Positions 11,357 through 22,346 of a stretch of 64,000 nucleotides of DNA are shown here, piece after piece. Source of the stretch: an uncultured Acidobacteriota bacterium. GTDB lineage: Bacteria > Acidobacteriota > UBA6911 > RPQK01 > JAPXNP01. The notes beneath the pieces are model-generated. The model had not been told where the DNA came from, ran no database searches, and worked only from the letters and a program-made list of their open reading frames with translations. The stretch is from positions 448,001 to 512,000 of the forward strand of contig CAVZRV010000011.1 of assembly GCA_963777605.1 (NCBI GenBank), read 5' to 3'. How positions within the stretch are numbered: position 1 is the first letter of the stretch; every line of letters starts with the position of its first letter. Position numbers and translations under genes: made by a program.

Positions 11357-12157
11357 TCAAACACTGCAAATCTCTTTGGCTTTCTTCAGGCTCTCCAGCG
11401 GCTCGCCGGTGGGCATGAACTCCTGACCGACGAAGCCGTCGTAACCGGAGGTAGCAATTGCTTTCATTATGGGGTGAAAGTTGATTTCCTGCGTTTCATC
11501 CGGCTCGTGACGACCGGGACTTCCGGCTACATGGTAGTGCCCGACGAGGTCTTGGTATTCCTCGATCCGGCGGATCACGTCTCCCTGCATAATCTGGACG
11601 TGGTAGATGTCGAAGAGCAACTTCAATCGCGGCGACCCGACTCTTCGAATGATCTCGACGCAGTGCTCCAGGCTGTTCCCCTGGTACCCCGGATGCCCCT
11701 TCATCTCCTCGTCCACCCGGGTGTTCAGCATTTCGAGGCAGAGAGTGACTCCTCTTGCTTCAGCCAGACCGACAACCCGCTTGTATCCGGCCACGCAGTT
11801 CTCAATTCCCTCTCCGTCTGGAATGTCCTCCCGGAAACCCGTGAAGGTAATCACGTTGGGGAACCCCGCTTCTGCCGTTAACTCGATCGCCGCCTCCATC
11901 TTGGCGATACACTCGTCATGGTATTCCGGGTTGTTCATTCCCCGGTCGAACCAGTGACTGAGGGTCAACCCGCAAACCAGGCCGTGATCCTTGAGAACTC
12001 CCCAGGCTTCGGGATCCACCAGTTCCACGCTCCCGAAACCCAGGTTCTTCGCATGCACGCAGGTCTGTTCCAGGGACCAGTAGGGCTCAAAACACCAGTA
12101 AGCAACCGAGTGATTGATCCGACCCGAGGCCGGTTGTGCTGTAGCCATAGAACTCAT
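11357..12157 (-). CDS. Hydroxypyruvate isomerase (Hyi)-like TIM-barrel protein
   Basis: CLEMLNTR, GHPGYQG, KLLFDIYHVQIMQGD, HYHVAGSPGRHEPD, GQEF; start uncertain (12157 or 12148). Confidence 0.85.
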   Translation of the reverse strand: MSSMATAQPASGRINHSVAYWCFEPYWSLEQTCVHAKNLGFGSVELVDPEAWGVLKDHGLVCGLTLSHWFDRGMNNPEYHDECIAKMEAAIELTAEAGFPNVITFTGFREDIPDGEGIENCVAGYKRVVGLAEARGVTLCLEMLNTRVDEEMKGHPGYQGNSLEHCVEIIRRVGSPRLKLLFDIYHVQIMQGDVIRRIEEYQDLVGHYHVAGSPGRHEPDETQEINFHPIMKAIATSGYDGFVGQEFMPTGEPLESLKKAKEICSV

Positions 12158-12390
12158 CCACCGCCTTCCTGCCCAAATACTAAATTCAGGGCGTGCAATT
12201 GGCAATGACTCGTAGGTCGTTCCTAGTTTCTGAGTTTCGGGTTTCTGGATGAAGCCGCTGCCCTGCAACGAAATCGCAACCAATCCAAATACCCGGAACC
12301 AGGAACCACGAAACCCACAGGGACGGTTGTCCTACCATTTTCCACCGAACCGGGGGATACTTACTGGAAAAACAACAGAGGGGGCTGGAA

Positions 12391-13761
12391 ATGAAATCTG
12401 GACCGACCACTTCCGAAGAACAGGGCAAGACTTCGAGACGGGAATTTCTCACCCGCGCGGCCGGAGCCACGGCCGTCGCCGGCCTGGCCACGAGCCAGTC
12501 GATCGCCCGGGGGGCCTACGCGGCGGGAAGCGACGAGTTGAAGATCGCGCTGGTGGGATGCGGCGGCCGGGGAGCCGGCGCCGCCGGGGACGCGCTCGGC
12601 ACCAAGGGAGCGGTCAAACTGATTGCCATGGGGGACGTTTTCCCCGACCGGATCAAGCGGAGCCTGACCGCCCTCGACGAGGTCGAGGAGATCTATCGTT
12701 TCCTCGACGTCCCGCCCGAGCGCCAGTTCGTCGGATTCGACGCCTACAAGAAGGTCCTCGAGACCGACTGCGACGTCGTCATGCTGGCGACACCCCCGGT
12801 GTTCCGTCCCCTCCACTACGCCGCGGCCATCGCTGCCGGAAAGAACGTCTTCATGGAAAAGCCCTGCTGCGTGGACGGACCCGGTTTTCGCAGCTTGATG
12901 GAGACCAACAAGCTGGCCGAACAGAAGGGACTGAAGGTGGCCGTCGGCCTCCAGAGGCGCCACCAGAAGAGCTACCTCGAAGGGATCAAGCGGGTCCACA
13001 GCGGAGAATTCGGCGACATCATCCTGATTCGAACCTACTTCAACATGCCCGGGTCCGGTCCCAACTTCAAGTGCAAGCCGGCCGACATCAGCGAACTGGA
13101 ATGGCAGATCCGGCGCTGGGGGATGTTCACCTGGGGAAGCGGCGATCACATCGTCGAACAGGCGGTCCACGAGATCGACATCGCCAACTGGATCAAGCGG
13201 GACGAGCCGCCGGCCAAGGCCAATGGCATCGGCGGGCGCCAGGCGCGGATCGGGTGCGGCAACGGTCAGATCTTCGACCACCACTTCGTCGAGTACACCT
13301 TCGCCGACGGCACCAAACACTATGCCCAGGCCAAGCAGGAGCCGGGCGGGTGGGCTCACGTTTCGGACAACATCCACGGCACGAAGGGAAACTTCACCGT
13401 CGGTTCCGGTCCATACGGCATGGGCGGCAGCGCCGACTACGCGGGCGGAGAGGGACGGGCCCAGAAGATGGCAACCATGGGCAATCCCTACGTTCAGGAA
13501 CACCAGGATCTCCACAATGCCATCCGGAACGGCACCCCCCTTAACGACGGCTGGCACGGCGCCAAGAGCAGCATGACAGCGGTTCTCGGGCGGATGGCGA
13601 CCTACTCGGGCGAGGAGGTCACCTGGGAACAGGCCACCCAGTCCGAAATGGAACTGGCCCCCGGTCTGGCCGAAATGACCCTCGAGAGTGCACCCCCGGT
13701 TCTTCCCGACAAGGACGGAAACTACCCGATCGCCATGCCGGGGACGACCAGGGCGTTCTAA
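12391..13761 (+). CDS. Tat-exported Gfo/Idh/MocA family oxidoreductase
   Basis: SRREFL twin-arginine signal; ALVGCGGRGAGA, ATPPVFRP, FMEKP, GDHIVEQAVHEID. Confidence 0.92.
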   Translation: MKSGPTTSEEQGKTSRREFLTRAAGATAVAGLATSQSIARGAYAAGSDELKIALVGCGGRGAGAAGDALGTKGAVKLIAMGDVFPDRIKRSLTALDEVEEIYRFLDVPPERQFVGFDAYKKVLETDCDVVMLATPPVFRPLHYAAAIAAGKNVFMEKPCCVDGPGFRSLMETNKLAEQKGLKVAVGLQRRHQKSYLEGIKRVHSGEFGDIILIRTYFNMPGSGPNFKCKPADISELEWQIRRWGMFTWGSGDHIVEQAVHEIDIANWIKRDEPPAKANGIGGRQARIGCGNGQIFDHHFVEYTFADGTKHYAQAKQEPGGWAHVSDNIHGTKGNFTVGSGPYGMGGSADYAGGEGRAQKMATMGNPYVQEHQDLHNAIRNGTPLNDGWHGAKSSMTAVLGRMATYSGEEVTWEQATQSEMELAPGLAEMTLESAPPVLPDKDGNYPIAMPGTTRAF

Positions 13762-13770
13762 AAATTTTTC

Positions 13771-13795
13771 TAAGAAACCCCTCCCCTCCTGCGTT
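13771..13795 (+). promoter_or_regulatory. Possible ECF-type autoregulatory promoter
   Basis: TAAG/GAAAC (13771-13778) and CGTT (13792-13795) just upstream of the ECF sigma gene; resembles ECF -35/-10 elements. Inference only. Confidence 0.3.
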
Positions 13796-13817
13796 GACAG
13801 GGTGAACGAGGAATTCG

Positions 13818-14366
13818 ATGGGAGGATCGACCGGAATGGCGGATTCGGAATGGCTCAGAAAAGCGCTGGACGATTTCGAAACCCCGCTGATCCGTTACGC
13901 ACGCAGTCTTCTGGGCGATCTCGACCGGGCCCGCGACGTCGTCCAGGAGACCTTCCTCCGCCTCTGCCAGCAGGAGCGCTCGACCGTCGAGGATCACCTG
14001 CCCCAGTGGCTCTTCCGCGTCTGCCGTAACCTCGCCATCGACCTGTTCAGAAGGGAGGTTCCCATGCAGACCGTAGACGGCACGACCGCCAAAACACTGC
14101 CGGCTCAAGACCCTGATCCGGCGACCCACCTGGAGGCACGTGAAAGGCTCGACCGGGTTCAACGTCTCCTTTCGGGCCTCAGTAGCAACCAGCAGGAAGT
14201 GGTGCGGCTGAAATTCCAGGATGGCCTCAGCTACCGGGAAATCAGCGACATCACCGGACTGTCGGTGTCCAACGTCGGATTCCTCATCCACACCGCAGTC
14301 AAAACGATCCGCAGCCGCACCCTGGCACAGGAAGCGGCCCAGAACCGGATGAGGAGGGTGAAATGA
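13818..14366 (+). CDS. ECF RNA polymerase sigma factor
   Basis: Region 2 ARDVVQETFLRL...WLFRVCRNLAID; region 4 LSSNQQEVVRLKFQDGLSYREISDITG; ATGA overlap with the next gene. Confidence 0.93.
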   Translation: MGGSTGMADSEWLRKALDDFETPLIRYARSLLGDLDRARDVVQETFLRLCQQERSTVEDHLPQWLFRVCRNLAIDLFRREVPMQTVDGTTAKTLPAQDPDPATHLEARERLDRVQRLLSGLSSNQQEVVRLKFQDGLSYREISDITGLSVSNVGFLIHTAVKTIRSRTLAQEAAQNRMRRVK

Positions 14367-16912
14367 AGCACGAATTTGATGAATCCAGACTCACCGCCTA
14401 CGTGCTGGGTGAACTGGATGAGAACGATAGAAAAGCAATCGAACAACAGCTCGAATCGTCCCCCGAATTGAGAGCCGAAGTGGAGGAGATCCGCCAAACG
14501 GTGGAGTTCATCAGCGCCGAGTTCGCAAGCGAGGAACCAGCCGTTCTGACCGACACCCAGCGTGGCACGATCGAGTCAAAGGCCGGCCTGGGACGCCGCT
14601 TTTCCTTCCCCATGCGCTACCGCTGGGTGGCCGCCGCAGCTGCCGCCTGCGTCCTCGTCGCTGTCACGCTGCACTGGCAATCCCCGGTCATCGCCCCGCC
14701 CGAGAATCCAGTCCAGCCTGCAGATTCCACGAGCCAACTACTGAGCGCCTGAGGTCTCCCGCACTAGCCGGGTCGCAAGCAACCGGCGCAGGAGAGACCA
14801 CCAGCGACCTCGTCCGTCCATCCGACCGAACGGGCCGACAGCGGAAACAACCGGTCAGAACATGAGAGAAGTCCGACACCGACTGATGGAATACGATCTT
14901 GTCAGCGCAAGCCCACGGCGACTCAGAACCGACAGACTCAGCAGGAACGAAACCTGAAAGCAACCGTCGGTTCGAAGGAAGATAGCTCGAGCGGCTGAGC
15001 AAAATAGAGGCACGCCTCAGACCGGTGGCCCGACTCGCCGGTGTCTCGATCTCACTCAGAGGTAAGGTGACTGACGAGGCAGGGTAGCCGTCAAGCTGAA
15101 GTCCGACGAAGATGGCAAGTTCGAGAACTCATAAGGGCGATCGAACGCCGGTCTGCAACTCGGCCGGTATACTCGAAGCCACGATGCCGGGTTCAAACGC
15201 TTCAGCCAGTCAGTTGAGCTGAAACGTGGATCAGGTACTAGATGTAAACCCGACTCTCAAGTTCGGTGAAATGACTGAGGCTGTCATCAGTCACCGGCCC
15301 GGCCCCAGGACGAACCGTCGCGAACGCGAAAGGTTGGTCATACTCCAATCGCGAGGCGACTTGGGGTCGCCGGACTGCTCAGATGCCACAGATAGCGAGA
15401 GATCAAGGCCGAAGCACTTGTGGTGCTATAGCCTGGCGATGGAGCTGATGCTCCCAGGGCCCGGTACCCGCACCCGACTTCAACACCGAGGCCTACGACC
15501 GCATCCAGGACAACCCGTTCATCCGGGTCTCCCAGGATCCCCTGTCCACCTTCTCCATCGACGTGGACACCGCCTCCTACTCCAACATCCGGCGCTTCTT
15601 GAACGACCGCACCCTGCCGCCGAAGGACGCCGTCCGGATCGAGGAACTGGTCAACTACTTCTCCTACAACTACCAGCCCCCGACCGGGTCCGTTCCCTTT
15701 GCCGTCCACCTGGAAACAGCAACAGCTCCCTGGAGCCCAAAGCATCAGCTAGTCCGCATCGCGCTGAAAGGAAAAGAGATCCCCTTCGAAGAGCGCAAGC
15801 CGACCAACCTGGTCTTCCTGATCGACGTCTCGGGCTCGATGCAGCCCGAAAACAAGCTGCCGCTGCTGAAGCGCTCCCTGCGCCTGCTGGTGGACAAGCT
15901 GGGCGAAAACGACCGGGTTGCGATGGTGGTCTACGCCGGGGCTTCCGGGCTGGTGTTGCCTTCGACGAGCTGCAGCCAGAAGGAGAAGGTGCTCGAAGCG
16001 CTGGACCGCCTCGAAGCCGGCGGCTCAACCAATGGCGGAAGCGGTATCCAGCTGGCCTACAAGGCAGCTGACGAGAACTTCATCAAGAACGGCATCAACC
16101 GGGTCATCCTGGCCACCGACGGCGACTTCAACGTGGGCACAACCAACCAGGGCGACCTGACGCGGATCATCGAAGAGAAGGCCAAGTCGGGTGTCTTTCT
16201 GACCGTGCTCGGGTTCGGGATGGGGAACTACAAGGACTCGAACCTCGAGAAGCTGGCCGACAAGGGCAACGGCAACTACGGCTACGTGGACAGCCTGCAG
16301 GAAGCCCGCAAGCTCCTCGTCGACCAGATCGGCGGAACCCTCATCACGATCGCCAAGGACGTCAAGATCCAGGTTGAGTTCAACCCGACCAAGGTCGAAG
16401 CCTACCGGCTGATCGGTTATGAGAACCGGATGCTCCGCCACCAGGACTTCAACGATGACACCAAGGATGCCGGAGAGATCGGCGCCGGGTTGACCGTGAC
16501 CGCCCTTTACGAGGTCGTCCCCAGGGGCGTCGACATCGACATCCCCGGAGTGGACCCGCTCAAGTACCAGAAGCCGGCGGAACCATCCCGCTCGACGACT
16601 TCGAACGAACTCCTGACCGTCAAGCTGCGTTACAAGGAACCGGACGAGGACGCCAGCAAGCTCCTCGAGTTTCCGCTCAAGGCATCGGGAGGAAGCTTCG
16701 ATCAGGCCTCGGCCGACTTCCGCTTCGCGGCCTCCGTGGCCGCCTTCGGGATGGTCTTGCGCGACTCGGAGTATCGTGGCGACGCGACGTTCGACACGGT
16801 CCTCACCGAGGCCGAAGGGAGCCTGGGCCCAGACTCCCAGGGCTACCGCAAGGAGTTCGTCAACCTGGTCAAAAAAGCCCGGGCCATCAGCGAACTGGAG
16901 GCCATAAAATAG
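14363..16912 (+). CDS. Anti-sigma domain + TM + degraded carboxypeptidase-regulatory-like domain + YfbK-type vWA domain; frame broken between ~14750 and ~15450
   Basis: 14363..14752: LTAYVLGELD anti-sigma helix plus hydrophobic segment. 15449..16912 is open: FNTEAYDRIQDNPF, STFSIDVDTASY, DVSGSM (MIDAS), ATDGDFNVG, YRLIGYENR. The middle holds out-of-frame pieces of GKVTDEAG, SDEDGKFE, GRYT-EATMPGFKR. Pseudogene or assembly error. Confidence 0.75.
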
Positions 16913-17217
16913 GATAGCCGTCTCCGCTTGTCGCAACGGAGGACGAGCTGTCCCCGCGTGTGTCTCGTGGCCCACGCCGCCGAACCAGGCAGCGAGCAAT
17001 TCCAACCCCGTCAGGGGTGGCATGGAGTAACCCAGGACATAGCGAAGCGCAGTCCTGGGTTACTCCCCCCGAGCACCCAACGAAGTCCCGCTCCAGCGGG
17101 ACGACATTCCCGAGGCCGATGCGTCGCCTCACGATCTCAAATCCAGACCCGGTCCCTCGAGCCGACACCTCCACGACAGCACCGATTCCACGAGACAACC
17201 TGGAAGGATTGTCCTAC
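16909..17217. repeat. REP/BIME-like composite palindromic element
   Basis: Inward-facing (A/G)TAGGA(T/C)A heads at 16909 (+) and 17217 (-) bracket three hairpins: ACCCC-GTCA-GGGGT (17005-17018), a perfect 15-bp IR GGAGTAACCCAGGAC/GTCCTGGGTTACTCC (17024-17066) and GTCCCGCT-CC-AGCGGGAC (17085-17102). Confidence 0.7.
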
Positions 17218-17226
17218 CATGCAGCC

Positions 17227-18264
17227 ATGCGCGCTCTGTTTATCGGCTTTGGAAATGTGGGCCGTGAGATCGCCCGGATTCTCACCCGAGACCGGGATCG
17301 TTATCCCCGGATTCAGAGGCTCAAACTGGACGTGGTGGCCATCACCACGCGGTCCCGGGGCGCCTTGATGGCACCGGCCGGACTGAACCTGGAACTGGCT
17401 CTTCAGGCTTTTGAAACTCACAATTGTTTTCCCGCCGACAACCCCTTCTTCACCAATTTGACATCGGAGCAGGCGGCCAGTCGGCTCGAGTACGATGTGC
17501 TGATCGAACTCTCTACGCTGAACATCGAAGGCAGGGGAGAACCTGCCGCCAGCTACATTCGCACCGCCCTGGAACGGGGCCGGCACAGCGTCAGCGCCAA
17601 CAAGGGACCGCTCGCCTTCCACTTCAAAGACTTGACGGCTCTGGCAAGCGACAGGAACAGACAACTTCTCTACGAATCGACCGTGATGGACGGCGCGCCG
17701 TTGTTCAACCTCCACCGCAACTCGCTTCGGGGATGCAAAGTACTCGGTGTCGAAGGGATCCTCAACTCCACCTCCAACTTCGTCCTGACTCGAATGGAAG
17801 AGGGAAAGACCGCTGCAGAGGCGATCAGGCAGGCTCAGGAAGCCGGGTTCGCAGAGGCCGACCCGAGCTACGACCTGGACGGTTGGGATGCCGCCGCCAA
17901 ACTGGCGGTCATCGCCAATAGCCTGCTGGACATATCGATTACCCCGTTCGACGTCGAGCGGACCGGTCTCGGGCAACTCTCCGATCAGGAAATCCGGGAA
18001 GCCCCTGGCGGGGGTTTCCACTGGAAACAGGTTGCCCGGCTCGAGAGTTCAGGAGAGGGAGCCCGCGCGGCGGTGATGGCCGAAAAGGTGCCGCTCGATC
18101 ACCCGTTCGCACACGTAAACGGGCCGGGATCTGCCATCATCCTGAGGACCGACCTCCTGGCGCCGCTCCTCATCCAACAGCTCCACCCCACCCTCTCCGA
18201 CACCGCCTACGGCGTCCTCAACGACCTCCTGGAAATTGGTGACACGCACCTTATTAACTCGTAA
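17227..18264 (+). CDS. hom: Homoserine dehydrogenase (short form, no ACT domain)
   Basis: IGFGNVG, VSANKGPLA, YESTVMDGAP, GILNSTSNFVL, GFAEADPSYDLDGWDAAAK. Confidence 0.9.
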   Translation: MRALFIGFGNVGREIARILTRDRDRYPRIQRLKLDVVAITTRSRGALMAPAGLNLELALQAFETHNCFPADNPFFTNLTSEQAASRLEYDVLIELSTLNIEGRGEPAASYIRTALERGRHSVSANKGPLAFHFKDLTALASDRNRQLLYESTVMDGAPLFNLHRNSLRGCKVLGVEGILNSTSNFVLTRMEEGKTAAEAIRQAQEAGFAEADPSYDLDGWDAAAKLAVIANSLLDISITPFDVERTGLGQLSDQEIREAPGGGFHWKQVARLESSGEGARAAVMAEKVPLDHPFAHVNGPGSAIILRTDLLAPLLIQQLHPTLSDTAYGVLNDLLEIGDTHLINS

Positions 18265-18511
18265 ACCACTTCCAAATAAGCGTTTTCTTCAAGGTCTGGC
18301 ACCAATTTGCCCTGAACGGCGTCTACTCTGAAGATCGCGCCGGAATTCACCTCATCATGGGAGTCAGTCGGGTTGCGGAGTCCAATCTGATCCAGCTGGC
18401 CTCTTCGATACTGGTCGGACCGCTTGTCTCCGTCACCTCAAAAATGGTGCCAGACTCAAGAAAATTCCCTTTTTCGGCAGGCACTTATAAATTCAAAAGG
18501 TGCGTGTCACC
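18238..18511. mobile_element. MITE/REPIN-like element with nested inverted repeats
   Basis: Outer IR GGTGACACGCACCTT (18238-18252) / AAGGTGCGTGTCACC (18497-18511); inner IR GTCTGGCACCA (18294-18304) / TGGTGCCAGAC (18445-18455); AT-richer than flanks; lies between convergent genes. Confidence 0.55.
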
Positions 18512-18515
18512 GAAA

Positions 18516-18806
18516 TTAAGGACGGTGGGAGCGGTACTTGACGCCGTTTCGGGGTTTTTCCATCCAGTCGGCCACCGTGTCGCGCCACTTGAGGTAGTGA
18601 GTGGCCTGCTTGTGGGCCGCCGCTGCTTCCTCCGACTCGTAGGCTTCGTAAAGCAGGAAATGCCCCGGATCGTCCATCGACTGGAGCACGTCGAAACGGA
18701 GGTTTCCCGGTTCCTCGACGGAACCCAAGTGGTTCTCGACACTGGCGCGGATGAACTCCTGGATCCGCTCCCTCTTGACCTGAACGTGAACGCAGTTGAC
18801 TATCAT
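18516..18806 (-). CDS. Antibiotic biosynthesis monooxygenase (ABM/LsrG-like) protein
   Basis: EPGNLRFDVLQ, FLLYEAY, AAHKQATHYLKWRDTV. Confidence 0.88.
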   Translation of the reverse strand: MIVNCVHVQVKRERIQEFIRASVENHLGSVEEPGNLRFDVLQSMDDPGHFLLYEAYESEEAAAAHKQATHYLKWRDTVADWMEKPRNGVKYRSHRP

Positions 18807-21800
18807 CGTCCCACACCCTCAAGGGCACTGCGGGCGCCGAGGTGGTCAGGGCTGACCTCCAACGTTGCCTGGAGTTCCTTCTTGGCCTGAGCAGCCTTCC
18901 CCAGCCCTCCCTGGCCGAGCGCAACGAGATAGTGAGCCAGGGCGATCTGGGAACGCCGATTCTGCTGTTCGCCAAACGAGGCAGAAGAAATCGATCTTCG
19001 ACTGCTCTCCTCGAAGCGCTTTCTCGCCCGAATCCACCAACTGCTTGAAGAGTGCTTGCGCTTCCTTTTTCTGGCCCAGTTGCTGAAGCGCCCGGGCTCG
19101 ATAGTAAAGCTGGACGGTCGATCCACTCGGCCCGGACGAGGAACCACCCCGCATCCGCCGGGGAAGTTCCCGGGTCGACACATCCTGCCAGAGTTCCCGG
19201 GCCTTTCCTTGGTTGCCCAACGCGTCGTAGGCCATCGCCTCCCAATACGAGGTCTCCATCTCGTGGACTCCCCCGCCGCGAGTCTCGGAAGGGAGATTCT
19301 CGGGGATGGTCGCCGCGGCCTGGAAGTCCTCCAGCGCCGCCTGGGCCTGTCCCGCCTCCAGCCGCTGCCGTCCCCGGAGCAGGTGGGCGTCAACCCAGAA
19401 TTGAGCCACGCTCAGGCTGCCGCCTTCCCAGACTTCAAACTCCCGGCCCGTCATCAACTGGATGGCTTCGTCATATTTACCCATCACCACTTTGAGAGCG
19501 ATTTCCCTCGACAATGCGTCATCCCGAAGCTGAACCGTGTTCTGGTTCTTTTCGAGCAGGGCGAGACGCTTTTCGGGATCGACACCGGCGGCTTCGTACA
19601 ACTGGTCCAGCTCGTAAAAATGGATTGAATAGGGGTTGGGGAGCGAGACTGCTTTCTCCAGTTCGGCGATGGCCTTCTCCAGCGAGTTGCCGGTCGCCTG
19701 GTGGGAGTAGGCGATCGCCAGGTTTCGGTGGACGATCGGGAAGTTCGGATCGAGTTCGGAGGAGTGCGTCCACAGCCTGACGGCTTCCTGGGGCTGCCAG
19801 TCGAAGAGGAGGTTACCCAGGTAGTAAGGAGCCCGGGCATCCTCCGGAGCCTCTTTCATGGCCGCCTCCAAAACCGGAATCGCCTCCCACTCGAACGGGA
19901 AGACGTAGTCGGGAGAGCCGGCGGCCGCGGCCTTCAACTGCTGGGCAGCCGCAGCGTCTTTGCCCTGTCGTTTCTCGAAGTACGCCATGTAGTAATGCAC
20001 CATCGGCGAGGAGTCAGGATTGTGCCGGATCAGTTCCCCGAGGACCTCGGCCCCATCGTCCCAGAGTCCAGACCGGAGCATCTCGGCCGCAGTCTGTTCA
20101 GCGGTAGCCGGGAACGCGCTCATGGTCCGTACCATTCGTGCCGCGGCCCCCTGGGATCCCGATGCCAGCCAGCGTTCCGCCATGGACCGAACGTCAAGCG
20201 GGTCAGTATTGTGGCCGGCCGTGTCGAGCAGTTCAAGGGCCTCCGCGTTCCGGCCCAGCTTACGCAGTACAGCCGCTTTCAGATTGATGGCACGAATATT
20301 GAGGCTGTTCGCCTGGAGGGAACGGTCGAGCAGATCGAGCGTTTCCAGCCAGCTTTCACGACCGGCGGAGATCTCCGCCAGTTCATAATATGCCGGGGCG
20401 CGCCAGGCGAAATTCCAGGTTGCCTTGTACAGCACGTCAAAGGCCTCGTCCAACCGTCCCTGAGCCTTCAGGGCCACGCCGAGATAGTAGGTCGCCTCGG
20501 CATCCTTGGGCGTGGCATAACGCTCGTTCAGCCGCACCATGGCCTGTCGAAGGTATTTCTCCGCTTCGACAAAGCGCGCTTTCTTCAGGCGGTTGATTCC
20601 AAACGCCGTGTTGACCCGGACGTCGAGGGGATCGCGCCGGAGCGCTTCTTCCCAGTAGGGGTCCGGTTCCAGGGAGGCATTGTGGAACTGTTCGATCCAG
20701 AGGCCGGTCAGGTAGAGTTCCTCATTGGTCTTGATCTCGCTGGGAGCCGGCGGGTCTTTGACCGGTTCCGGCATCGGCTTCTTGTCGAGACGGATCGGGG
20801 TGTAGCCGACCAATTCGCGGCCGTCGTAGACGAGTGCAGCCCGCAGGTCATGCGGATCGGCACCGGCTGGAAGCGTGACCTTGCCGGTGTAGGGATGGGC
20901 CGGGTCGATCGCCACCGTCTCCTCGTGAAGCACCTGGTCACCCAGAGTCACTTTCACCACGGCGTTCGGGAAAACGGCGGTCGCATAGAACCCGACGTCG
21001 GCAACATTGTCGTCGCCGATTTCCAGGTTGACCGCGGCATCCAGATTGGCGTTCTTGGCCCCACCGATGTTACGGAACGGATACCAGTACATGCTGAAAG
21101 ACTTCACCTCGTAGGGCTGCAGCCAGCTGTAGTCGGGCTGGTTGTCCGAATAGGCTCCCACCATCAGCTCAATGTAGGGTCCGTCGCTGTCGGTCAGAAT
21201 CTTGTCCCACATCCGGCCGCGCGGTCCGTTCCCCCACGTCCAGAGCTTCTTTCCCGGAACGACGTGGTGGTTGGCCACGCTCATGGTTCCGGCTTCAGCG
21301 CCGTGGTCGTAGCCGGCCAGGAAGTCGTCCTGGTAGTTCCAGGCAAACATGGAGTTGGCGGAGATGTGGTTCTTCATCAAGCTCGCATCGGTGCCTTCTC
21401 CAAAGTCCCATCCCCCGTACTGGCCGGTAGCGATCGGCCAGGTGGTGAACTGCCGCTTGTGGTGATGGGTCACGTACTGGGTGCTGGGCGGGAAGATGAC
21501 CTGGTAATTCTCGTTGGTGTGCACGGCCACGTTGGCAAAACAGAGCATCGTGTTCACCACCGGAGTCCGGTTGACGATCCGCAGCGAGACTTCAAGGTAG
21601 GAACGGCCGGGCCGAAGAGTGTATCCCACTGCCCAACGCATCCGCTGGCGAACTTCCAGCTCGCCCACCCAGACCGTCTTTCCGCCGTCCTCGTGTTCCT
21701 CGATCCGATACTGCACAGGGATAAAGGTCGTCGCCCGGTGGTGGTGAGGGATGTTCCACTCGACGCCACCTGAGATCCAGGCCCCGATCAACCCGATCAG

Positions 21801-22208
21801 GGCAGGCTTGATCACGTGCTGGCGATAGAAGAAGTGGTAGCCGTTGGTCTTGTCCAGGCCTTCGAAAATGCGCCCGCCGATCTCGGGCAGTACGCCGATT
21901 CGAATGTACTCGTTCTCAAGGTAGACGAGGCGATAAGTCTTGTCGACTTTCTTCCCGGTCAAGGTGTCGTAGAGCGGGTATGGATAGACTCGTCCTTCCG
22001 CCCCCTGGGAGACTCTCCCGAAGTAGAACATGGGATTCTTCTCGGGTTCGCCCGCAAGGTAAGTCGGGATCACCGTAGGCTCTTCCCAAACTCGGACTTC
22101 CATATCCGGGCTTGCCGCAGGAGCGCCCAGGAGGACGGGCCACGCGAGACCCGTAATAACGATTACAAGCAAAGCTGAGGAGACACGGAATTTCATATTG
22201 GACCTCAC
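18803..22208 (-). CDS. Secreted DUF5107-domain tetratricopeptide-repeat protein; one +1 frameshift at ~18983
   Basis: Signal peptide; VYPYP, LENEYIRIGVLPEIGGRI, GAWISGGVEWN, many TPRs. Removing one base gives SKIDFF-ASFGEQQ...AHYLVALGQ and a stop that overlaps the ABM start (ATGA). Confidence 0.85.
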
Positions 22209-22346
22209 ATGTCAGAGCACACCGATGCCCCGGACGACCAACGCCGGAATCCGCAAGGCGAGCAAATCTTCCATCGGTTTATCCAGAATACTACGCATTG
22301 TTGAAGAATCACCAACAGTCTCTGGCGATTCTGGAGGTATGCAGTA

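Noticed and set aside
14750-15450. Diversity-generating retroelement variable region
   Set aside because: The damage is indels rather than adenine-specific substitutions; no template repeat or reverse transcriptase is in the window.
19701-21773. 690-aa antisense ORF and similar long shadow ORFs (7803..8921, 12361..13557, 23175..24440, 27572..28774)
   Set aside because: They are antisense to well-supported genes, are expected in high-GC coding DNA, and have no recognisable motifs.
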